12,968 nt of DNA from a virus, in the IMG/VR virus record IMGVR_UViG_3300045988_034679, positions 1 through 12,968 of that record. The stretch is one strand, 5' to 3'. The notes under the pieces were generated by a model. That model ran no database searches. It had not been told where the DNA came from and worked only from the letters and a program-made list of their open reading frames with translations. Below, piece after piece: positions 1 to 5,706 of this stretch; positions within the stretch are counted from its first letter, which is position 1, and each line of letters starts with the position of its first letter. The position numbers and the translations under genes were made by a program.

Positions 1-173
1 GGGATTACCTAATAATATACTAATGATACGGCTTCCCCCATAAGCACAGCTAATGGCGAACCAACAGCCACAGCGGCCATGACCAGGACCGGCCGCGACC
101 TGGCCGCGACCTGGCCACGACTTGGCCACGACTTGGGCCACAGCGCCAGAGGCCGCAGCTCTTACGCCACGGC
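1..173. repeat. Left inverted terminal repeat (173 bp, perfect match to right end)
   Basis: Manual base-by-base reverse-complement comparison: 1-173 equals rc(12796-12968), with the first mismatch at 174 vs 12795. It begins GGGATTACC, followed by an AT-rich stretch (4-30) and then a GC-rich section with tandem repeats. Confidence 0.97.
91..134. repeat. Four tandem 11-bp repeats GGCC(G/A)CGAC(C/T)T inside the left ITR, with degenerate flanking copies
   Basis: The copies are ggccgcgacct (91-101), ggccgcgacct (102-112), ggccacgactt (113-123) and ggccacgactt (124-134). Degenerate copies are ggccatgacca (74-84) and gggccacagcg (135-145). The period is 11 bp, about one helical turn. Confidence 0.9.
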
Positions 174-189
174 AAGTTTGTTACCGTTT

Positions 190-215
190 TGTAATCAAAT
201 GTAATTATTTGTAAC
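190..215 (+). promoter_or_regulatory. Three TGTAA(T/C) motifs at exact 10-bp spacing upstream of the left promoter (possible regulator site, bend or UP-like element)
   Basis: The motifs are tgtaat at 190-195, tgtaat at 200-205 and tgtaac at 210-215, in AT-rich context just outside the ITR. Confidence 0.3.
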
Positions 216-225
216 TGGATACTAC

Positions 226-258
226 GGGCCGGAGTGGTATAATAATAGTGGGCCGGAG
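226..258 (+). promoter_or_regulatory. Left (early) promoter: extended -10 TGgTATAAT (235-243) bracketed by a 9-bp direct repeat GGGCCGGAG (226-234 and 250-258)
   Basis: A consensus TATAAT at 238-243 carries a TG at 235-236. No good -35 lies at 17-18 bp spacing, so the promoter would depend on the extended -10. It is the only promoter-like element between the ITR and the first gene. The direct repeats abut the -10 and the predicted +1. Confidence 0.5.
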
Positions 259-301
259 AGCGGCTCCGAGGGATACATCTGATATACAGGAGGAATTGAA
301 C

Positions 302-481
302 ATGAAATTGTATGATAAGAACACCGGCGTTGTTATTGCGGAGATCATTGCTAATCACAGTATGACCATTGATGATGCGCTGACCCTTATGCACTTTAGT
401 ATTGACGATGAGGGGCAAATATTTGATGACGATAACGGTGTCTATCTTGATGCATGGTATGATGATCTGGAACTGAAGTGA
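302..481 (+). CDS. Hypothetical small, highly acidic early protein (59 aa; 11 Asp + 3 Glu vs 3 Lys, no Arg)
   Basis: ATG at 302 follows a CAGGAGGAA RBS (288-296). The ORF-track start at 248 has no RBS. It is the first gene after the left promoter and has no recognisable motif. Confidence 0.6.
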   Translation: MKLYDKNTGVVIAEIIANHSMTIDDALTLMHFSIDDEGQIFDDDNGVYLDAWYDDLELK

Positions 482-489
482 GGTGTCAT

Positions 490-1167
490 ATGAAAGTATT
501 GATTGCTTGTGAGGAAAGCCAGACGGTTTGCAAGGCGTTCCGGGCGCTGGGACACGAGTCGTACAGCTGCGACGTGCAGGAGCCGAGCGGAGGCCGCCCA
601 GAGTGGCATATTTGGGGGGATGCGCTGGAGGCCGTCAAAGGCGGAGAGATCGTCACCATGGACGGACAGCGGCACGACATAAGCAAGTGGGAACTGCTGA
701 TCGCACATCCGCCATGTACCTATTTGAGTTCTTGTAGCGCTGTGCGTCTGTTTAACGCAGATCATACAGTCAGGGACTTGGCACGGGAGCGCAAGGGATG
801 GGTGGCAAAAGAGTTTTTCCTGGCGCTGCTGCGGTGCGGGGTGGAGCGGATCGCCGTGGAAAATCCCACACCGCTTCGGCATTTTGGATTGCCGAGATAT
901 GACCAGATCATCGAACCATATATGTTTGGGGATCCCTGGAGGAAGCGAACGTGTTTGTGGCTGAGAGGCCTTCCACCGCTCAGGCCCACCAACACGGTAG
1001 AGCCGAAGGGCCTGTGGGTGGGGGCCACCAGCAGACGGAGGGATGCTTCCAGGAAGGTACAATCCAAGTATGTGCTTAAATCGAATCGGGATAGTAAGAT
1101 CAGGGCAAAGACGTTTCACGGTATCGCCGCCGCTATGGCGGCGCAGTGGGGAGGTGATATCAGATGA
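490..1167 (+). CDS. Minimal C5-cytosine DNA methyltransferase-like protein (225 aa) with PPC and ENP motifs but an atypical motif I
   Basis: ATG at 490 follows GAGGTG (480-485). AHPPCTYL (PPC at 709-717) resembles catalytic motif IV. AVENP (ENP at 859-867) resembles motif VI (ENV). The N-terminal KVLIACEESQTVCKAFRALGHESYSCD looks like a Rossmann beta-alpha-beta ending in an acidic residue, but it lacks the FxGxG loop. The C-terminal TFHGIAAAMAAQWGG resembles the motif X region. The protein resembles a short phage family usually annotated as DNA cytosine methyltransferase. Confidence 0.6.
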   Translation: MKVLIACEESQTVCKAFRALGHESYSCDVQEPSGGRPEWHIWGDALEAVKGGEIVTMDGQRHDISKWELLIAHPPCTYLSSCSAVRLFNADHTVRDLARERKGWVAKEFFLALLRCGVERIAVENPTPLRHFGLPRYDQIIEPYMFGDPWRKRTCLWLRGLPPLRPTNTVEPKGLWVGATSRRRDASRKVQSKYVLKSNRDSKIRAKTFHGIAAAMAAQWGGDIR

Positions 1168-1367
1168 AATGCCCATGCACGAAAGACTGCCAGCACAGGA
1201 CTGTTAATTGCCGGTGCGTGTGTCGTGAATTTAAGGAATACGACCGGCAGCGCATGGAGGGCTATGTGGAGCGAGATCGCCAGCGGGCGAAGGCGCAGGC
1301 CCTGTCCCCGTTTAGCAATCCTCGATTTAACCGGTACGCACGACACAACAAAGAAAGAGAGGTTTAA
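1164..1367 (+). CDS. Hypothetical Cys-rich small protein (67 aa; C-x-C-x3-C-x6-C-x-C-x-C followed by a basic tail); possible zinc-binding nucleic-acid binder or regulator
   Basis: ATGA overlap with the upstream stop (1164-1167) and a GGAGGTG RBS at 1150-1156. There are six Cys in the first 20 residues, and the C-terminal half is Arg/Lys-rich. Confidence 0.55.
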   Translation: MKCPCTKDCQHRTVNCRCVCREFKEYDRQRMEGYVERDRQRAKAQALSPFSNPRFNRYARHNKEREV

Positions 1368-1368
1368 T

Positions 1369-1455
1369 ATGCTTATGTTAGCAATCACAGTATCCGCAGG
1401 TGCGGCGTGGCTATTACTAAAATGGTTGGAGGCTATCGAGTATGACGAAGAATAA
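1369..1455 (+). CDS. Possible 28-aa membrane micro-protein (MLMLAITVSAGAAWLLLKWLEAIEYDEE)
   Basis: ATG at 1369 lies 1 nt after the upstream stop, with AGAGAGG at 1356-1362. It has one hydrophobic helix and an acidic tail. It is very short, so coding status is uncertain. Confidence 0.3.
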   Translation: MLMLAITVSAGAAWLLLKWLEAIEYDEE

Positions 1456-1615
1456 AACCGGCGAACAGCCGTGTCCCTACAACATCGGCGTCAAGTGTGA
1501 TATCGGCGCTTGTGAGTGCGCCAGATGCGGCTGGTATCCCTTGGAGGCATACCGCCGCCGCAGGGACTTGCAGCAGAAGGGGGGCGCACCATATGGCCAG
1601 CAAGCCCAAAAGTAG
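1442..1615 (+). CDS. Hypothetical Cys-rich mini-protein (57 aa, below the ORF-track size cut-off): MTKNKTGEQPCPYNIGVKCDIGACECARCGWYPLEAYRRRRDLQQKGGAPYGQQAQK
   Basis: Hand-translated. ATG at 1442 lies 9 nt after GGAGG (1428-1432) and the stop TAG is at 1613-1615. The pattern is C-x7-C-x4-C-x-C-x2-C followed by an RRRR patch. It fills a stretch otherwise covered only by an RBS-less GTG extension of the next gene. Confidence 0.45.
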   Translation: MTKNKTGEQPCPYNIGVKCDIGACECARCGWYPLEAYRRRRDLQQKGGAPYGQQAQK

Positions 1616-2243
1616 TGTTCGGGGCCGTCGTGTCAAGTATTCTTTCCCGATCAGCGACTATCAGCTTCCCAGCGCCCTTGCAGAAAATTACAGCAAAAAG
1701 CAGCTGTTGTCCGAGTACAGGGCGCTGCGTATAGAAGCACAGGCCCGCTTGAAAGCGTTCCAAGGGACGAAATACGAGGGGAGTTATGCGTACCAAGCTA
1801 ACAAGCATTTTTTGGCCGGAGCATCATCCCCTTATAAATTAAACAAGCGCCAGCTGGCAGCGGGGCTGTCGGAGCTGGCCAGCTATCTGGAATCCCGAAC
1901 CAGCACACTATCCGGGACACGGTCGCAGGTGCGGAAGTCCATCAACACCTTTAAGGATCGCTGGGGTATGAACTGGCTGAACGAGGCCAATTATGAGGAG
2001 TTTACCAAGTTTTTGGAATTTGCCCGTGAATTGAAGGGGCAAAGGTATATCTTTGAGGAGGTCGTGGCCTTATACCGGAGCGCCAAATATTCGAAAATTC
2101 CTTTGGATCGTGTGAAAAGCAATTTCAATTTTTATTTGGATCAGATAGACATTACCGACGATCCAAACACAGCACGGCAATATCTCCGGCGAGATCCCAG
2201 TAAGCGGCGGAGCGCCAAAACTGTGAGAGGTAAGATGCGATGA
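1593..2243 (+). CDS. Terminal protein (replication primer) candidate, 216 aa
   Basis: ATG at 1593 follows a GAAGGGGGG RBS. Its stop overlaps the DNA polymerase start (ATGA at 2240-2243), the same TP-then-polymerase order and coupling as phi29 genes 3 and 2. The termini are basic (MASKPKSSVRGRR..., ...KRRSAKTVRGKMR) and the protein is predicted helical. No other unassigned protein of suitable size is present in the replication module. The assignment rests on synteny and elimination, not on a motif. Confidence 0.5.
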   Translation: MASKPKSSVRGRRVKYSFPISDYQLPSALAENYSKKQLLSEYRALRIEAQARLKAFQGTKYEGSYAYQANKHFLAGASSPYKLNKRQLAAGLSELASYLESRTSTLSGTRSQVRKSINTFKDRWGMNWLNEANYEEFTKFLEFARELKGQRYIFEEVVALYRSAKYSKIPLDRVKSNFNFYLDQIDITDDPNTARQYLRRDPSKRRSAKTVRGKMR

Positions 2244-4306
2244 AAACAACACCTATGGTGCGGGCCGCCGATGTTGACTTGGCATTTTTGATGCAAGTAG
2301 GGTTTGTCAAGCGTAAGCGAGGGAATCCGGCGAAAAAGCAAGAGCGTAAGTATCTGGACATCATTACAGCCTTTGACATCGAGACCAGCCACCACCCAGA
2401 ACGGGAGGAATCCCTGCTTTACGTCTGGCAGTGGCAATTTGGCGCCTTTTACACAGTCTATGGCCGCACATGGTCGGAACTGCGTTTATTCATCCAGCGG
2501 CTTCTCCGGGTGCTGGACGATCACGGCGATGTGTCTTTGGTCGTTCTGGTGCACAATTTGTCATATGAATTTCAGTTTCTGCGCGGCATTTATACATTTC
2601 AGCCGGATGAGGTTTTTGCCGTGGACTCCCGGCGCGTCCTGAAATGCACGATGGCCGACAAGCGCTTGGAATTCCGCTGTGCTATGCTGCACAGCAATAT
2701 GTCGCTGAAGCAGTATACAAAAAAGATGCACGTTGACCACCAGAAGCTGGACGGCGATGAATTTGACTACAAGGAACTGCGCTTTCCCGACACTCCATTG
2801 ACCGACCGGCAGCTGCAATACTGCCAGAACGACGTCTTGGGGCTGGTGGAAGCGTATCAGGCCGAAATGGCCAGAGATAAGGACAACCTTTATTCCGTCC
2901 CCATGACCAGCACCGGCTACGTCCGAAGAGACTGCAAGCGGGCAATGCGTTTTTGCTCCAGCAAAATGATCCGTGATTTACAGCCGGACGTGGAGCTGTA
3001 TAAAATGCTGCGAGAGGCGTTCCGGGGCGGTGATACACACTGCAACCGCCATTTTGCAGGTAAGGTGCTGGACAATGTCCATAGCGCAGATCGCAGCAGC
3101 AGTTATCCCGATGTGATGTGTAATTGCAAGTTTCCCATAGGCCGCTTTTACGCCTTTGACGGTGGTGTCGACCGTGCCATGGTTTTGTATCATCGTGGCT
3201 ATGCGCTGCTGCTGCGTGTCCGGCTGTGGGATGTGTCCTTGGCAGATCCGGCATGGGGGTTTCCGTATATCAGCTACGCCAAATGCCGGAATACGATCCA
3301 TCCGGTTTTGGACAATGGCCGCATCCTGTCGGCGGAGATGCTGGAGACTACGATCACAGATATTGATCTACGCATCATTTTAGACCAGTACGATTTTAGT
3401 GACATCGAGATCTTGACAGGCTACCACAGCAGATATGACCGGCTGCCGGCGCCGCTGGTGCGCTGCACCATCGACTACTACCAGACTAAAACAAGACTAA
3501 AGGGCGTGGTGGATGAACACGGCCACGAATCGCCCTTTTATAGCAAAAGTAAAAATTTGCTGAACTCCCTGTATGGCATGATGGCGCAGGATCCCGTGAA
3601 GCAATCCATATTGTTTGAAGAAGGCAGCGAATGGTTGTTCCGGCAGAAGGACGAGCCAATCGAGGATTTGCTGAACGCCAACAGTAAACGAGCGTTTTTG
3701 TGCTATCAGTGGGGCGTCTGGGTGACAGCTTGGGCGAGGTACCGACTGCAAGAGGGTTTGCGCATGGCCGACGGCGAACACAGCTGGCCTATTTACTGCG
3801 ATACCGACTCCGTTAAATACATTGGTGATGTGGACTGGGCGGAATATAACAAGAAGCGAATGGCCGACAGTCTACGTTCTGGCGCACACGCAACAGACCC
3901 ACATGGCGAGGAGCATTACATGGGCGTCTACGAGCAGGAGCATACGGCGAACCATTTTGTCAGTCTGGGAGCCAAGAAATACGTCACAGTTTATGAAGAT
4001 GGCAAATGCCGCTGCACCATCGCCGGAGTGAACAAGGAGAAGGGCGGCGCAGAACTTGACAAGCATGGCGGTATTACTGCTTTTAAGTCCGGCTTTTTGT
4101 TTGTGGACGCTGGCGGCACGGAGAGCGTTTATAATGACGATGTGGTGCCGCACACGGAGGAATGGCAGGGACATCGTTTTGAGATGGTGCCTAACATCCT
4201 GATTCGGGACAGCACCTATCGTGTCGGCATTACACAGGACTATGAGGACATCCTGAGCGATCCCGATTACTATTTACTGTGTAAGCACCGGTTCAGGGAT
4301 AAATAA
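2240..4306 (+). CDS. Protein-primed family-B DNA polymerase (688 aa)
   Basis: ExoI is FDIET (D46/E48). ExoII is HNLSYEFQF. ExoIII is YCQNDVLGL. Motif A is DRSSSYPDVM (compare phi29 DVNSLYPAQM). Motif B is KSKNLLNSLYGMMAQ (Kx3NSxYG). Motif C is YCDTDS (3794-3811). The KxY motif is GAKKYV. This order and these motif variants are typical of phi29-type polymerases. Confidence 0.95.
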   Translation: MKTTPMVRAADVDLAFLMQVGFVKRKRGNPAKKQERKYLDIITAFDIETSHHPEREESLLYVWQWQFGAFYTVYGRTWSELRLFIQRLLRVLDDHGDVSLVVLVHNLSYEFQFLRGIYTFQPDEVFAVDSRRVLKCTMADKRLEFRCAMLHSNMSLKQYTKKMHVDHQKLDGDEFDYKELRFPDTPLTDRQLQYCQNDVLGLVEAYQAEMARDKDNLYSVPMTSTGYVRRDCKRAMRFCSSKMIRDLQPDVELYKMLREAFRGGDTHCNRHFAGKVLDNVHSADRSSSYPDVMCNCKFPIGRFYAFDGGVDRAMVLYHRGYALLLRVRLWDVSLADPAWGFPYISYAKCRNTIHPVLDNGRILSAEMLETTITDIDLRIILDQYDFSDIEILTGYHSRYDRLPAPLVRCTIDYYQTKTRLKGVVDEHGHESPFYSKSKNLLNSLYGMMAQDPVKQSILFEEGSEWLFRQKDEPIEDLLNANSKRAFLCYQWGVWVTAWARYRLQEGLRMADGEHSWPIYCDTDSVKYIGDVDWAEYNKKRMADSLRSGAHATDPHGEEHYMGVYEQEHTANHFVSLGAKKYVTVYEDGKCRCTIAGVNKEKGGAELDKHGGITAFKSGFLFVDAGGTESVYNDDVVPHTEEWQGHRFEMVPNILIRDSTYRVGITQDYEDILSDPDYYLLCKHRFRDK

Positions 4307-4349
4307 TGTTAATAAGCTGGCGGGCTTTAACACGCAGAAAGGAAATAAT

Positions 4350-4631
4350 ATGAGAAACCGTAACACAACGAGCGAGACCAAGACCTACAATCACGAGTAT
4401 GTCGTGAGACGAGCAGTGCAGTTTGACAAGGACGTGCTGTTTGACCTGACCATCGACGACTTTACCATCTACGGCTGCCGTGTGGTGGAGGGCAAAAACG
4501 GCGACTTTATCAGCCTCCCCTCCCGCAAAGGGAAGGATGGGAAGTACTGGGGGATCGTCTACAAGCGCTTTAGTCAGGACGAAACAAGTCTGATCCTCGA
4601 CCTGGTCAGCGCCGCTCTGGCCGGGGTGTAA
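4350..4631 (+). CDS. SpoVG-like nucleic-acid-binding protein (93 aa)
   Basis: The core FDLTIDDFTIYGCRVVEGKNGDFISLPSRKGKDGKYWGIVYKRFSQDETSLILDLV parallels B. subtilis SpoVG [54 protein letters not shown], as I recall that sequence. The RV-x-x-G-x-NG-x-F-(V/I)-x-x-PS-(K/R) signature is shared. Confidence 0.7.
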   Translation: MRNRNTTSETKTYNHEYVVRRAVQFDKDVLFDLTIDDFTIYGCRVVEGKNGDFISLPSRKGKDGKYWGIVYKRFSQDETSLILDLVSAALAGV

Positions 4632-4633
4632 TA

Positions 4634-5680
4634 ATGAATCTTTACGACCGCCGAGGCTATCTGAACATTCCCGATATCCTAAAATGTAAGCAGCCGTTTA
4701 TTTTCGTGGTGGGCGGTCGTGGCACCGGTAAAACCTTCGGCGCACTGCGGGAAGCGCGTCGGAGGTATCGTGCCACAGGTGCGCGCTTTATGCTGCTCCG
4801 TCGGATGCAATCCCAAGTGGACTTGATAAACAAGCCGGAGTATTCGCCCTTTAAGGCTGTTGACCGTGTTGACCACCAGTGCACGGTCAGCAGATCGCTA
4901 AGCAAATACACGGCGGGTTTTTACGACGGCCAGCTGGACGAACACGGCACACCGCAGGTGACAGGGGATTGCATCGGGTATACCTGTGCGCTGTCCACCA
5001 TATCCAATATGCGTGGCTTTGATGCCAGCGACGTGGATCTGATTATCTTTGACGAGTTTATTCCCGAGGCACATGAACGACCAATCAAAAATGAGGCTGC
5101 AGCCCTGTTTAACGCATATGAGACGATCAACCGCAACAGGGAGCTGGACGGCGTTGCACCTTGTCAGCTTTTATGCCTTGCCAATGCCAATGACTTGGGC
5201 AATCCCGTGTTTTTGGAATTGGGGCTTGTCCGAAAAGCGGAGTCCATGCGCCGCAAAGGACAGGAGGTTTACATCGATCCCAAGCGGGGAATTTGTATGA
5301 TCATTTTGCAAAAGTCCCCCATTTCCCGTGAGAAAACGGCGACAGCATTATACAAGCTTGCAAAGGACGGAGAATACAATCAGATGGCCATTGGGAACAC
5401 CTTTGCAGGTGCCGGTGAAAACAGAATCCAATCCATACCACTACAGCAGCTGGTGCCGGTGGTGACCGTCGGGGAACTGACCGCATACCGCATCAAGGGC
5501 CAGAAGGATTATTATTTTAGTACGCATCCATCCGGGAATCCGCCGCATTACGGAACCGGGCCGTCCGAGCTGCGCCGTTTTAAGGTGACATTTTTGTGGT
5601 TGTGGGAGGCGTATATGCAGCGCCGTGTGGTATTCGAGGACCGCCTCTGCGAGATCTTGCTATTAAAATACTTGACATAA
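4634..5680 (+). CDS. DNA encapsidation (packaging) ATPase, phi29 gp16 type (348 aa)
   Basis: Walker A is FVVGGRGTGKTF (phi29 FVIGARGIGKSY). FMLLRRM matches phi29 FIYVRRY. Walker B is DLIIFDEFIPE (phi29 TIVFDEFIRE). NRNRE...LLCLANANDLGNPVF matches phi29 FRNRERVRCICLSNAVSVVNPYF. The size is similar to gp16. Confidence 0.9.
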   Translation: MNLYDRRGYLNIPDILKCKQPFIFVVGGRGTGKTFGALREARRRYRATGARFMLLRRMQSQVDLINKPEYSPFKAVDRVDHQCTVSRSLSKYTAGFYDGQLDEHGTPQVTGDCIGYTCALSTISNMRGFDASDVDLIIFDEFIPEAHERPIKNEAAALFNAYETINRNRELDGVAPCQLLCLANANDLGNPVFLELGLVRKAESMRRKGQEVYIDPKRGICMIILQKSPISREKTATALYKLAKDGEYNQMAIGNTFAGAGENRIQSIPLQQLVPVVTVGELTAYRIKGQKDYYFSTHPSGNPPHYGTGPSELRRFKVTFLWLWEAYMQRRVVFEDRLCEILLLKYLT

Positions 5681-5701
5681 TCCTTTGTGTTCTGGTATTA
5701 T
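5672..5701 (+). promoter_or_regulatory. Strong sigma-A/sigma-70-type promoter for the lysis and structural genes: TTGACA (5672-5677), 18-bp spacer, TGgTATTAT (5693-5701)
   Basis: It has a consensus -35, a near-consensus extended -10 and an AT-rich upstream stretch (tattaaaatac). It sits in the largest internal non-coding gap and shares the TGGTAT(A/T)AT core with the left promoter. Confidence 0.65.
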
Positions 5702-5706
5702 GTAAA

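Noticed and set aside
248-301. Longer N-terminal extensions given by the ORF track (starts at 248, 478, 1497, 8395, 9841 and 10634)
   Set aside because: The extended starts lack ribosome-binding sites, and where checked (478, 1497, 8395) they are GTG codons. Some overlap better-supported upstream genes. Internal ATG starts at 302, 490, 1593, 8419, 9886 and 10790 each have a GGAGG-like RBS at appropriate spacing. The 8419 start remains the least certain.
50-418. 122-aa minus-strand ORF running through the left ITR, and its counterpart at 12251-12847 running into the right ITR
   Set aside because: They read through the 11-bp tandem repeats (giving RPGRGRSWSWP-type low complexity) and through the promoter region. 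They have no RBS. The right-hand one is antisense to the appendage gene.
455-463. A third TGgTATGAT extended -10-like sequence, 27 nt upstream of the methyltransferase-like gene start
   Set aside because: It lies inside the coding sequence of the first gene (encoding W-Y-D-D), has no -35, and has no non-coding context. It may be a chance match and could only be resolved by TSS mapping.
442-1176. 244-aa minus-strand ORF opposite the methyltransferase-like gene, together with similar antisense ORFs at 2682-3254, 6099-6689, 9289-10005, 10243-10818 and 11630-12208
   Set aside because: Each is fully overlapped by a + strand gene with recognisable motifs and an RBS. None has an RBS or a recognisable domain. 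All have antisense-like composition.
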